A stretch of DNA of 64,000 bases from Trichinella spiralis (lineage: Eukaryota), in the NCBI RefSeq assembly GCF_000181795.1, contig NW_003526941.1:1831542-1895541 (forward strand), in the 5' to 3' direction. Below, in pieces: positions 12,729-27,971 of this stretch (positions are counted from its first letter, which is position 1; every line of letters begins with the position of its first letter). The translations under genes and the position numbers were made by a program. The notes below the pieces were generated by a model, which saw only the letters and a program-made list of their open reading frames with translations, did no database searches and was not told the origin of the DNA.

Positions 12729-14721
12729 TCAAATGTCGAATTTTGAGCTGCTAATAATCGCTTTTCTATCTTTTCCAGTACCAATCCATGCAACTGAAAT
12801 ATAAGTTATTATCAATGAAATAATATCCGAACGAAGAGAAAACAGCCATACTTGGCACTCCTGCAAGCTTTTCCACCGCTTGAACATAACATTTAGCGTT
12901 TATCGGTAATTCATCAAAAGCAGTTATTTTCGTCGTATTCTGTTGCCACCCTGGAAACGTTTCATACACCACTTCAATGTCTTTGAAGTGCGACACGCAT
13001 ACTAAAAAATAATATGAAACAAATTTAGTATTACTTTCTTAATTATTTACCTGGCGGAACGTCAACAACAGCATTGTTTCTTTTGTATTCCACAGCTACT
13101 TTTATTGTATCAAAATTGTCAAGCACGTCCAACTTTGTGAAAGCAAGGCTGAAATCAAAATTTATAGCAAATCAAACAAGCACAAACAAAATGTTGATAA
13201 ATGATACTGTGTAAATCCGTTAATCATAATACTGTATTTCAGCAAAACCATATCTAACCAACCGCAACGGCGGGGTCGGCCTGTAGTAACGCCATATTCG
13301 TGGCCAATTTCGCGTAAACGATCGCCAATTTCCTAAATTTATGAAAAACCATAGAAACCAACAAATACGATTTCCATAATGAAGACAAGCTTGCATTATT
13401 CAGCTCTGTTGGAAACGGACCGTCACCAACGCGAGTTTCGTAAGCTTTCACTACTCCTATTATCATACCGACACGCCAAGGGGGTATGCCCAATCCAGTC
13501 AGAGCACCACCCACACTACAATTGCTGCTAGTCACGTATGGATAAGTTCCTGCAGTCGAGAAATACATCATCCTAATCAAATCACCTCAGCCGAAATTAA
13601 TTAATTACCGAAATCAATGTCCAACAAAGCACCATTGGCACCTTCAACAAGGACACTTTTTGCTGGTGAAGCAGTCAGAGCTTTGTGCATGTAAAAAACA
13701 GTATCATGCACCAAATTTAATGATTTCAGCTTTTCAGCATAGTTCTTAAAAGAAAAAAAATAAATTTGTCATTTGTTCGAATTGAAATTTTAAAACTCAG
13801 AAGCATTACTTGATATCGTTTCAACTCTTCGTCCACATCAACATTCAGGTCGGGAAACTGTGCTTTCAGAAATAAGACCAACTGTTGAAATTTCGCTTTA
13901 AATTCGTTGAAATTGCCAACCAAATCGCCCAATCGAATTCCATTTCTCCAACACTTAAACAGTATGCAATTTTGCGCCTTTAAAATAAACAGTTACTTCA
14001 AACGCGCGTACTTTGCATGCGTACGTGGGACCAATTCCTTTCCCGGTGGTGCCAATTCTATACATGCGAAATTAAAAATAAATAAATAAACCAAGAAAAA
14101 CAAACAGAGAAAAGGCACTAATCAAAGTCACTTCGAATTTGCTCTTTTCTTTTCGCCCATCGTATCAGCAGTTTGATGCATGTCGAAAACTAAAAGGAAG
14201 AGAAAAAATAAATTTGAAAAAAATTAAATGTACACTCAAAAATCCAAAGCAATGGTCACCTAGATGCGCTCTGTCGGAAATGACAATTCGTTTGCTCCAA
14301 TCCGGCAATTTTGTAATTTCATTTTTTTCCAATTCGTTGAAAAAACTGGGCAAATGAACCACAGTACCGCTACCTGATTTGCGTAAAATTTGAAAAATTT
14401 TCTTTTTCTCTTAATTTAAAATAAATCGTTGCTTTACCAATCAGTGCAATACACTTAGGATGCACGATACCAGACGGAATAATGTGAAAGTCATAAACTT
14501 TATCATCAACCGCAACGGTATGACCAGCGTTGTGTCCGCCCTTAAATAGTTCTCAATACGAACGCACTGGTCAAATTCTCGTTAACCATTTTTACCTGGC
14601 ATCTGGCAACAATGTCAACTTTTGGAGCCAACAAGTCGACAATCTTTCCTTTTCCTTCATCACCCCACTGGGCGCCCAAAATGACACTGACCAAACGCTG
14701 CTTATTAACTTCCACAGCCAT
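12729..14721 (-). CDS. ADSS: Adenylosuccinate synthetase (multi-exon)
   Basis: [63 protein letters not shown] motifs across exons. Confidence 0.97.
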
Positions 14722-17567
14722 GTGCAACGGTTAAAGAAAAGAAGCTACCTGAAGTTCTGAACTAATCATAAAGCTCACATGCAGAGCATAGCCTCAGCGT
14801 AAAGTTATGCGTTTCATGAAGCAAACATCATAGGACAACTGCTAAAATTTCAACAAATGGTCAGAAGAGAGTTGTTATTAATGCTGGACAGATCAAACAG
14901 ACGTTTAATAATGCGTATAACTTTTACGAGGAAATAATATGCGAATCAGCATGCTTTCTGAAATTGAAGTTCAACTGATCTCTTTGTTTTCACATTAAAC
15001 TACGCATTCACAAATTCTCCATTAATTAACATTACTTTTACAAATTACTTTCAATCGGGATAAATATCAACTGCGTATAACAGAATTGTAAAAATAAAAA
15101 AGCCAAAAAAATATTTTGACTTCTTTCTACACATCCACAAGCCTTGCAGAAACAATAAGTACACACATCATACTTCATTGAAGAAAAACAGATTAAATGT
15201 GTAAAAATCATTTCCAAAAATGAAGAATCACTTGACATTCAGCGGTAAAAACACCTTCGCTATTTCGTTCGCTATTAGAAATGCAAAGTAGCAAAACTGT
15301 TATTCAATTTTAGAAATTTTCAAGTTATAATTTCTACATTCAATCATCATTCGCAGAGTCAATCAAATGAACACAGATGAAATTACCAGATAATTTCATC
15401 AAGGCGAAAAGCTTATATAAACTGGAAAACAATTTCAATCGTCAACTTTATTTACACAAAATAATTTACTTTGTACTAAAAAAACTGTTCTGGAAACGTT
15501 AAAGTATAATATAAAATGACAAAACAAAATAATGATAACGATAAGAATAAAACAAATAAGAATCGTTATTAAGTGGACTAAGAAGCTGAATTAACGATAC
15601 ACAATTTTATTCAAAGTGGGTCAGTTACTAATGATACTTCAAATGAGAATTTGAACACAAACAACATTACCTGCTAGAAAATGCTCCAGTATTATTTGCC
15701 AATTTTAAAAAGTAAAAATTAACCAATGCGGATCAAAAATTATCACCATAATGAATGTTAATGCTTAATTTCCAACATCACTGTACAGTAAGTGCACTAT
15801 TTTGAGACATAAATTGCGCGTCTTAAATGCAGTATCATGCGACTAATAAGAATACAAAACAAATATTAAATTCATTGGAAAGAATATAAAAATTCTTATT
15901 TCCAAAATAATAAATTATTTTTCATAACCTTATTACTGTAATAAAATTAAGTTACAGTAAAGTCTTACTGTAATTAAAAATGTTGATTAAAAAAATTTCC
16001 ATTAATATGATGCACACTATCAAATCTTTCGCAAAATGCATTAAATATAAACTATAAATAAGTACTGAGAAGCTAGATTAGTTATTTATAATAAAATCCA
16101 AAAAAGCTAGTTTTTGTATTAAGTGTGTGAGTGGGTTAGCTTATTTTTCTGGGTTTTTAATATAAAAAACCGAATAAATAAAATTTATTTATTGTACAGA
16201 CATGTATAAACCACATGTTAGTACCTCAACAGATCAGGTTTTTTAGCTAAAAACACGCGTTTGTAGTATTCTGTACTCCTTGTCCATGATGCAAAGTATG
16301 ATAACTTTATATAAATATTTAACTGTAGATATACTGAAATTTTTTTCACCTTTTTTATTCTACTTAAAGGTAGATAGTACTCGCAGCTTGTACTGAAATG
16401 TCAAGCAGCTGCTTCTGCTAGCTGGCGCTTGAGCAAAATCGTTTCAGAACAATTTGCAGAATGCCAAGTTTGAACCGATATTTATCACTGGAATCCTGAA
16501 CACAGTGTTTCCTGATTGTAGCGAGTAAAACGGAAATGGATCAACTGTTCGTTTGTCGTGCCAGGCGACTGGAGGTTAAGAAAGCTAAGAAAGCAAAACA
16601 CTGCCCCAGTAGACGTCCTAGTACATGTACTGATGCATTTATTAGCAGTGATGCAGCCGTTCATCAAGAAAAAGGTGCCAATGAGTGACAATGAAAAGTA
16701 AAAACGATAGGATTGTTATAGCAGCTAATGAGCTGGAAGAGAGAGGGGGGAGGAAAGGGAGGGAATAAAAGGAGAGTTAAGAAAATGAATAGGATGGAAG
16801 AAACAGACAGAAAAGTACTGACGAAAAATCCAACATATGATAAGAAAGAAGAAGCAATTAGAAGAGAGAGAAGAACAGCAGAAGAAATTCGTAGCAGAAG
16901 ATCGCTAGTGAAGGCGATGAGTTGAATACACAACCTGAGCCACCACACTTACCTATTCTCAGAGAGTCTATAACTGGACCATATACACCTGAATAAGTGA
17001 ATGATGAAAATCTCATGGAAAAATTGTCTAAGTCTGAACCAAAAGTACAGCTAACATATCAGAAGTGACGCAGCTCTCTAGATAATGGCAGCGCTTAACT
17101 GAATTCCAATTAATACTGAAGAATATCAACATAATTCATACTCTGAAGAGTAATCAGCTGTAGTCGAGGTATCGTTCGAGTAAATTCATCGTGTATTTTT
17201 TCATTTATTTCTTAGCGTTGAGACCAACGTTTGATCATTGATTAGAGCAACAACAAGTCCGTTCACTCAGCAATAATAAATAGCAAAAGACCGCCGAACG
17301 AATGGCAGCGGCACGTTCAACTTGCCTAACTATTTCTTACGTGTCATAAATCTCGTATAAGCAAAAACAGCATATAAAGAAGTAAAATAATATTTACTGA
17401 ATATACTAATACACAAAAAACCGAAAATTGAAAAAAAACAGAAGGAATATTAAATAGGCATTCCTTTAAATGCTGGGTATGGTTATTATTGTGCTAAATA
17501 AATAAAAGCAGACACATTACATGAGTGTAACAATTACTAAAGCAAAAAGCAGAAAAACAAATCGAGT

Positions 17568-20500
17568 TTAGGACTTTTTGGAAAGACCTAAAAAGGGAAA
17601 CTTTTCATCCACTGTTTGTACAATATGTTCCACGTGAGTTTTCGCCAAACTTCCGTATGCAGAGATCTCAGAATTATAGTTGTGCAGAATGTAAGGCAAA
17701 GAAAAGGCCAACGCAACGCCTAAAAAATCAACGTACGGTGAAATAAAAAACAGTTACGCTGCATATATTTATTTCACTTGCTTCGAAAATACTTGAAAAT
17801 ATACACAAACAAACAACTCACTGATGCAAAGCATGCCGAATGCTGAAAACCAATGACCAATATATGTCAAAACGAACAACACAACAAACAGCATCAAAGA
17901 AGCGTTCTTTCGTTCAACAAGTATGGCTGATCGTATCCAAACTAATGCCTTAGTTAATTCTTCCAAAACCACATCCAGTTGGGCATGAATTCTTTCGCGT
18001 GGAAGTTTCTGTCCATGAAATATGTTATTCCTAAAAACAAACACAAATTCATAACTTACTTATTACTTAAGATTCAAAATACATTACTTACGTCAAATCA
18101 ACAGAGGTGACCGGTCGTCCAATCCTGCTGCTGACAGCTTTCAGACCTTCCATGCCGAGTAAAATTGCAAAGCCTGCCAAACCGCAGTAAGCCAACAAAG
18201 CAACCATCGAAGTCTGACTGACAAAAATAAAAGCCATCACTATCACAGCCACAGTGACGCCTGTAACTTTTGGATTTTTCCATCGCAATAAATCGTAAAC
18301 TACAAGTTCAAATATATCGATAACGCATAATTCTTTCCCAATGTAGCAGTTGCTCACCAGCAGGATCTACATAATTGCGTGATAGCCATGGTCTAGCATG
18401 CTGATCCAATACTGGCTGATAGACTTTCACTTTGTTCTCATCATCTGATAACGCCATTATATCTAGGCGATGTAAAGTCGGCTGCGAGCACGTCGAGTCG
18501 TTTTCCTGATCATATTTCTCGAGGTGGGGCTTTTTCTGCTCTTCAACTCGAACTTCTCGGTTAACGTTAGAAATTTCAGATGCAGGAAAAAGAAATTCGT
18601 CAACTTCACTGCTATCGGAAATTTTCTTCTGAAATTTTTCCTCCGTCGTCCCAATAATCTAAGGTATAGAAATGTTAATTAACAACATACCAACACATTA
18701 GCAATAAATAAATAAAAAGACCACTGATAGTGAATATTTTATACTGCTTTTTTTCGTTTGTTTACCTGAGAAGCATGTTCCAATTCATCAAATAAACTGG
18801 ACTGCAATTTGTTTTCTTTATCCTTGACAAAACCGACATTTTCTTCCTGAACAAGAAAAGTTTGTCAATTCATTGTAAGTGCGGCTTTAAAGCTGCTGCT
18901 GCATAACAGCTTTTAGCTAAATTCCATTCAACTAACTTTTTCGAATATTTTTCAACAAAATAAATGTTTACCTCAAAATTACAGTCAGAACTTACCAGAA
19001 AATTCTTCACCAACGGTGACTGCACATCTGAACTTTTCATCGTGTTCTTTTCTTTCGACAAATCCTGATAAATCAATTTCATATTTTATTACCTCAATAA
19101 AATTATATTTTAAACAAACAAAAATCATCAATATCATTAAAATGTAAAAAAATGAAGAAAAACATATACAAAAATAAAAAAGAAACATTCACATCAATTT
19201 AGAAATTGCATTTCAAATTCAAACAATATACCAATCCGAAAACATTAAAAAATAAATTTCCTACGCAACTATTCGATAATTTGAACTGAAATAGTTTACC
19301 TCATTATTCTTCAAATCACTTTTCTCTGGGAAAAGTTTCTCGAAATTGTCTGCATTGTTAAAATTCTACAAATTATATATCAATATTATAGAAAATTCAA
19401 AAATGCAAACATTTTATTTACATTAAATAATTGTATTTAATAAAAAAAATGTTCGAATTATTTTTATAAATAAGAATTAAATTTGAATAAGTAATACAGT
19501 ACTAAATCAAAAATGCTAAAAATGCATTTATAAATTTGTATAAATGAAAGTGAAAATTACTTTTAAATCAAACAAATCCGCTTCTTGTTCGATGCTTAAC
19601 AACGGTTTCTCTGTTTCTATCAACTTTACTTCAGCATCTGCAAATAATTGGGTGCCTTCTTGCTGTGATTTCAGCCCTTCTACCAAATTCTTTGATTTCA
19701 CATCTCCAGTTTCGAGTTTTTCAAACTTGACACAACTTTTGTTGAAGATTTTTTAAATGTAAAATAAAAAGACTCCTCACTTCATCAGGAGATACTATCT
19801 CCTCTTTTTGGCTAACAAGCGTCGGTAGCAAATTGTCCGGCTTGAGTATCAAACTGTTTGCCCCGACCGATGGTACTGAATCGTAAGCAATCCTCCCAGA
19901 GCACAAGTTCACCAAATCATCGAACTATAAATAAATTAATAATAATATACAAAACAACTTTTACATTAAAAGACAAAAATAACAAACATCATATCAAATA
20001 AGCATAAATGCACTTTTAAAGTTTAATATTAAAATGAAATAGATCAATTATCTGCTTAAAACTGCTCAACAATGAAATGAAAAAAGGCATCCTCCTTAGC
20101 TGAGCTCTTCGCTTCACTTATTCATTTATTTACTAAAGAAAAACAGTTGGAAAACTGTTCGATTAAGAACAGATAAATTGGCATGCAGTGTGAATTTTTA
20201 AACAATCTTAACTGAAATTAGAAGGAAAAAAGCATTTTCATTATCAATAATGCTACTTTTATTAAAATAAGTAAAGTAAAAAAGTAAAAAACAAAACGTC
20301 GCATTACCTTTTCGTATTCTTGATCAGTGTCGTTGGAAGAAGAAGATGTTCTACCTTTATTTTGTTCGCTGCTTCCACTATCGCCAAGCATGAAATCTTT
20401 CTAAAAATAAATTTAAAGTATGTTTATTAACCGGTCGGTAGTAGTACTGCGGCTGCACAAAATAGCAATCAAGTTCAAGAAGAACATTAAGCATAATAAA

Positions 20501-22165
20501 CTACAGAAATGGTGCATTTTAGATTTTTCTAATAAATCACCTACAATAACTAACGGATAGAATTCCAATCAGCTTTTCCATTCAAAAATTCAATAAACAC
20601 ATCTTAATCTGAACAATGCACAAACTTATTTATTCGGCAAAAAACGCATGCAAGGGAGTATCAAAGGAATTAAATTTATTTATAAAAGGATAAACAAGAA
20701 ATTGTATCACTCGCATAGTCAACCGGAACAGCACTGCTTTAGTTGATCTCTTTCACACTGAATTGAATCATCAAAGTAAACAAACAAACAGCTTAAAATC
20801 AACAGATAAGAAATGATACGTATAAACTGAAATCTTTTCATTTAAATAAAATCATTTTAATTACAGTGCATTTTTTTAACTTACATTCTAATGCACTTGA
20901 TAATTAAAAAAACAATGTATGTATGCTGTTTATAGATAAATTATTCAAATTTAAAATTTACATTCAAATTAAAGCCTATTTTTTCTTAATCGATTAAACA
21001 AACACTAATTATAATAAACTAATTCAAACAATTACACTGCAATTAATTAGCATACTAATTCTCTCCATAACCCTTAACAATAAAGGACCAATAATAAACC
21101 ACTTCAAAATTATCAAAAGCAGTTCAATTCAGTAATAATAATCATAATAATACACAGATTATTTACCTCTACTGGACCTGTATCACTTGTCAAATGAGTG
21201 ATATATTTTACAGTAAACGTTTCTCCTTCTTCTTCCTCTTGATCAGAATCCGGCGTCGGTTTCAGCTCTCGATTGGCATTCGTATCTTTGTCTTTATCTT
21301 TACCTGCAGGAGAAGTTTCTGATTTTTCTTTTTCTTTCTGATCAGGATTCTACAAGATTTGCTTCTTCATTCAATTCAATTCAATTCAATCAAATTTGAA
21401 ATCTATTTTGGCGACAAGCAGAAAATATACATGAAAGACACTTGTCGACAGTTTGAAAATTGTACCACAATGCAAATCAAACAAACAAAATCAATCTACC
21501 TGATTATCTTCTTTTGGCAATTTATTATCTGGCAATGTGGAATCTTTATCCGTTTTCTAGAAATACAAATAAAACTGCCAGATAATGCAATTTTAACACG
21601 CGCGTGCAGTGGTCAGTTTTCCAACTAGCAAAAATGTCGGTCTATCTGCACTTGTTTCAGAAATTTATTTGCTTTTCCACACGAAAAGCCAATCCCAAGT
21701 TTTACAAATCAAATGTCACTTTGACAACAATTTCCTGGAATTGCTATTCAATTCTAGGGCACATGTGCTGTTGCAGTTGTCAAGCGTTCGATTTGTTACA
21801 GCTGTATAATGCTAACGAAATAAAATGGTAATAATTTCAATAAAGTGAAAAAAATTCTTTTTCTTTTATAATTAATAATTAATTTACAATTACAATATTT
21901 CTCACCGGATGCTCATCAATTGCAGTGTTGTTCTCTTTGCTGTCGGACAATTCTCTTGCTATTTCTGTTATCAATCCGTTCACTGCTTGCATCAAATTAT
22001 TTTCCTTATTGTCAGTTTCCGAATGGGCGTTGACCGCCTCGCTATCTTGTTCCTTGGTAGAAATCATCGCTATAAAGAAGCAGTATTTTCATTTTTGAAG
22101 AATAATATTATTTTTGAAAAATAAATAAATGAATAAAATTGAACACGGTTCAAATTGTCGAGCAT
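17568..22165 (-). CDS. Reticulon family protein with long acidic N-terminal region; 5' end uncertain, further upstream exons possible near 25.4-27.0 kb
   Basis: C-terminal reticulon homology domain: DLLRWKNPKVTG..., two long hydrophobic segments, LTYIGHWFS, FSLPYIL. Upstream acidic exons with GT-AG boundaries. Confidence 0.8.
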
Positions 22166-24105
22166 GAATTTTTACAAGTCAGCGTTGAGTTTTCAGCTGG
22201 ACAGCTCAAGACACACGAACGCGCAGAGTTGTGTGATGCTGCTCAAGTTGTGGGCAAGAAAGAGGGGATGCGTCGTCGCTTGGCGACTGCGACAGCCGAA
22301 GCGACTGAACGTAGTAGCCCGACAGCATCAGCACTGTTGAACCAACATCATCAGCTAAATGGACGACAAATCAATTTCCCAATAAGAGAGAATCGACCAA
22401 TGGAAAAACAGCAGTCCTCTCCTGTTGAAGAGAACAGAAAGCGGAACTGCCAATCGACTGTCCGCTGTTGGTCAAAAAGAAAGAGAGGATAAACAAAGGA
22501 AACGAACCACAAGATCAGATAAAACTGCAACGGCAGAACAAATGGAACAAGAAAAGTCGGACCTCCAATTGCATTTTGTTAAAAGCAGTGCGCTTGGAAT
22601 TGCAAAATGCAGAGCTGGACGCGAAAGCGAGCACAAATTTTTCTCCAGCACGTCAGTTGCTCAGAAGTTGACATTCGACAATCATAAAATTTAGCCATCT
22701 TGGAATTTTTATTGAAAAATGATTTGAAAAATTGTTCACATACCATTTGATTTAAAAAAATTCGATTCTTACTTTTCTTTTGGAAAAGCTAATTAACAAT
22801 CTGCACGTAGGTGTACCAGTAGAAGCAGTAGAATAGGCATTTCATTCAATCAAAGCATTCAAAAAATACACTTTCTCTTAAAAATTACAAAAAGCAAAGT
22901 ATAATGAAATATTGAATTTCATCCAATCACAGCGTGTTCCTAATATTGTTTGCTGTAAACAACCCGCTAAAATATAAGTACAATGAAAGTCTGCAAAACT
23001 GTTAAACAGAAAGAGAATAATCAAGAAAGAAATTTAACAATTAATAAAGAATGCAAATTCAAACATTCGACAACTGAACATTGCTACTACTAACCACAAA
23101 AACACATGAGCTGTCAAGCGTCAATCTGATAGCTTCTAGCCAGCCAGCCAACCAACTGGCTGGCAATTAATTGCATTGGAAAAGTGAAAAATCTATTACT
23201 GCTACTAGATATATTTATATTTATGCGTGTGCAAATGAAATGACACACACAATTGTGAATTAGAAGCTTATTCGTAAAGGAAAAACAATAAAACAACACA
23301 ACAAATACTTATTAATCGAAATCTATTCTGTCGATTGTCGTTATCGTTTTTCTGATCAGAACATAATGAAAACAACACGTAATGATTCATGGAATGAAAA
23401 AGAAAAAAATTTAAACAAAAACCAAATAACCAAAACAGAATAACAATGTTGAAATGAGTCAAATGTGAAAAAACCGACGAGCAGAAACAAAGTGAATAGC
23501 AAAATCTGAAATGGAGAGAAAGCCAGAGCAAAAGTGTGTTAATTAATTTTCAGCTCAACTGATGAACAACCAAACAGTGTGCCGCTTCCTCGCGGTTGTG
23601 TTCTGTTGTTCACCGGTCAACAAGTGTAATTGCAGAAATGACCAAGCTGAAGATTGCTATTTCAAAGTTGCAATATGTGAATATTGAAACCGACACTTGC
23701 GAGAAAACGTGGATGCTTTTTTTCGAAACAACACCTTCAAGCGGCACCGGGAGAAGCCGAGCAGAGCTTCTGGTAAACATCATCGAAACGCCTTGCTCGA
23801 GCTAACGCCGTCGATCGATAATACTAAGCAAAAATCAATCGAAAAGCCTCCAATCCAATTCAATGGTGGTCAATCGTTGTTTTGCAACCTGCTGTTGCAT
23901 TTCATAAAGGCCTACTGTAAACTTGAAAGGACAATACAAAGAACAAATGACTCATCATCCTATCAACATTGTCAGCAAATTTCTTATGTGCATAATCATC
24001 TGCTGAGCAGCAAAACAAGCTTCTCACTTTTCATTGTTTGTCAAACTGGAACAAATTGTTGCGAAACTAGTTACTTCTCGTAAATAGCAACCACCAAATG
24101 TTATT

Positions 24106-24140
<35 letters not shown>

Positions 24141-27100
24141 GTGTGTATGTATGTATGTATATTCGTTGTCCTTGAAAGACCTGCTTTTCACAGCTTATTC
24201 AGATGTAACACTTAAGCATTCCAATCGTTCAATTGAAGAAAAATAGAACGTTTCTTTTTTTATTCTTAAATTGAATCATTTCAAACTTTACATTTCTCTT
24301 AAGCTGAGAAAGATACTGCTCAGAAAACAAACGAACAAAGTCTACCTCACCCAATAAAATTAAATAGCTAGCAATCAGATATCAACTGGGCACCATTTTT
24401 GACATGCACTATAAAGCAGAAAATTTTGTTTTGTAAAATTTATCTATTACAATATTATTTAAATATTCAAATATTTAAATATTAATATTACAAATTAAAA
24501 AAAATAAATCACCCACAAAGACAACACGGTGCTCTTCTTTGCATTAAATTCACTTTTAAAAGTTACACCTTCAAGACAACCAGTCAGTTGATTTTCTGAA
24601 ACAGAATGCCGGAATAAAATTCAATGCATATTTTTTGTTCTAATTTCAACAGTTACAATGATGTTTCATTGCGCATCAGTAATCAATAATTGCAGCACGC
24701 CGTTTTTATTACTTACACAGTGCTGGATAAAAATCAAAAATATTCTTTAAATAAAACGAAAAATAAATTAATTTCGACCCAAATTTCACATTTATTTATT
24801 TTGTAAATTGCTATACATTTCGTGTTCAATCTGAACACTTCCTTCCAATAGGGCAAAGCCCGATTATTACGGAAAGACAATTACTTGAAAAATTGAAATG
24901 AAAGCAACAAAATTCAAGTTATTCCCATCAAAAATCAATAAAAAAGCCCGTGCAAACATTAAAGCAGTGTGTTAAATAAAAGTTTCTTAAAAACTTTGAA
25001 AAACACAATCACACTGTAACTTCATTTTCATGTTCTCCACAAAACATGATAAATTATTAAAAAATTAAAATCAGTTCTTTGAAAATATAATTTCAATAGC
25101 ACAGTTAAATGAAAACTGATTTCAATCTGAAACGCACGCATTTTAAACTGCGTGAAATATTCATTTATAAATGGCTGACCATTTATAAATCACTTTATGA
25201 TTTTCAAGTTCCATAACCAAGATCAGTTAATAAATTAATAATGATTTACAGTTGCCACTTTCAGTACATCGCGTGATGATGAAATGAAAACAAATTATAA
25301 GAAAATTTTCAAAAATACATTAACATTTCTTAAGAAAAAATATAAAAATATTTCTTACATATTTCAGATACTGTACTCTTTTCTGCTGGAGAAGCTATTT
25401 CATCAGAAGCGTTCCTGTGATGCCTAAATGAATAGTCTGAATTCACGCAATTGATAATTGGCATTTGCTGAAGTGAATGTAAATAAATTTACCAAATTTT
25501 CCATTTAGATGATTTTACCATTGGAGATAAGGTTAATTTTGACCGGCGTTTTGAGAACATTTTTCCTATTCGTTTCTTCACCTGAAAATTTAGGCACTTG
25601 TTTATAACATGAAAAGAAGAAAACTGAACAACAGAACAGTTTGAATAAAAGCATATTATTCATCTGAAAATACTGATGTGGAACAAAATACTGATCAAAT
25701 CAGTTTGATTTCTTCCCTTTCAATTTTTAACTTTGCATAATTATTATTACTGCTGAATAACAAACAACAAAATGACTTTTTGAAGTTATGTGAAACTTGA
25801 ATAAAAGCTGAAATAAAACTTAAACAGTTAAAGTGCTATACAGTTACTTGCAAAACAAACTGAATAATTTGTCTGGACGTGGGCGTTGGCGCTGACTATT
25901 CATCGATAAATTTTCAAATTCCCCTCTACTTAGACTTTGGTAAACGTCATGTAACAGAAAGCTGAAAATGCACAACAATATATGGGAAGGGAGACGGGGG
26001 ACGTCAAAGAACCAAATATTAAAAGTTGGCGGCAAATTAAAAAGTTCCCAGTCAACAAACTGCTTATTTGTTGTAGTTCTACTAAAGTTGCAATATCATA
26101 TTAACAATTGTGGCGTGTAAATAAAGCTGTCCACTAATTCTTTGACCATGTTTGGAAAAGAGAAAAATGAATCATCAAATCAATATCTAAATATATGCTA
26201 GATTACAATCAACAAACAGTAATTTAAGGTGTTTCATAATTGCATCATTGCAACTACAACTGTCTGCCGCGCTTTGCACTAATAAATTATTTCAATATTG
26301 AAAATTCAAAAAACTGACAATTAAAGCAAGTTATATCACAATTCAACTGCTTGTACTGTGCGTGCTCAATCTGAACGCTATTTTTCAAAGTTCAAAAATT
26401 ATTTACTTTGAATAAAAACGTAATCTTTCAATTTTCTTATTCTCTATTGATTAATAAACTGGGAACAAAAATCAAACATATAATGCATAAATGGTCTATT
26501 TTTCCGCCTTAATATGTAAATTTCATTTAAAACTTTTTATAATTTACAATTTTTAATATTTCAAGTTTCTGATAAAAATGTCGCAGTATACATATGAATA
26601 CAGTAAGAGTTATTGCATCATTTACAGCGTAAAACCTAATTTAAAAAATATGTCGCATATTTTCTTATTATCACTCCCTATCAATATTAAATTAATCTTA
26701 GTTGACCGATCGATCTACACTTAAAAACGCACATTCAGCAAAAACAATATAAATTAGATAAGCTAATGTAACGTCTGCCTGAAGATGTTTCGTAACTTGC
26801 TTGTTTTATAATTCTGCAAACCCATATATCTTGATTTCATTTCACTTAAAATTTACTAATTTATAAAGCATTGGTCAATAATTTTACATCTGTAAGCATA
26901 TGTACGCTTTTGTTTACTTCTCAATTTCAACACAACAGAAAGTGTTTTGACCTGACCGCTGCACAGCTAACCCGACACCTTCATCCATCTGGCGCAACTA
27001 AGAATATGAATGCACATTCATCATAGACCTATTTCCTACGTGGAAAACCTGTAAATTTTAAACAATTAAAAAATGTCAAGAATAATTGTCAACCCCCTCC

Positions 27101-27971
27101 CCAGACCCGTTTAAGAAACCTTATCTTAAATTAAAGTTCATCTTGACTTACTCTAAATGTAATGTAAAAAGAAACAACACACCACATTACAGTACCACTA
27201 GTAAATATTATTCGATAAACGAATTGTTACTTCCTTTTAAAAATAAATAAATGAATTGTAATTATTAATTAATTAATATAATTAACAAAATTCGACCTAA
27301 AATGCAGTCAGATTCATTTGCAATTATTTCTGCTTTTCACAATTATTACTTGCACAGTTTCGGTGAGTAGCGAAATTAGCATTCCATAAAGTTTTTTTCT
27401 TTCTGAACAATATCATTGATAAATAAATTAAAGAGTATGCATTTTGAGTATTGAAAAATGGCAATATTATTCAATTACTAAATTACACAAATTGTGGCAT
27501 CAGTAATGAAACACAAGAACTGCAAAAAAATCTACAATGAAAACGCTGATAATGAAAAGAAGTAATTTTTAAGGTTCATTAATTCATCATGTGTACATCT
27601 TGTTTGATCATTGTTAATTTAAATTGAATTCAGCTATTTCTACCAGATGCTATATTGCTAAACATTTAAAAGAGCAGCATATAGAAAATCGACCATATCA
27701 CAAGCACAAGGTCATCGGTCGAACATGCACCTAGAAGGTTGCCAAAATTTGGATGATGCTTGAATAATATCTATCTTAGGTAGGCCAGAAATTAAGGCCA
27801 ACAACAACAACCGAATAACTAGAGCACAATGCCAACAAAGCCCAATTCGGAACCTGTTCTGTTTCAACTCTGTCATTTGACTAAAAGCTTTATTCAACGG
27901 TAATTGTTCAGCCTGTGAAACAGCTTCTTCAGCTTTTCAAACCTCATCAAGCGGCTAATTCAGCACTTTCC

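Noticed and set aside
13150..13207. ADSS intron starting GTATCATTT, resembling a U12 donor
   Set aside because: Mismatch to RTATCCTT and no clear U12 branch site
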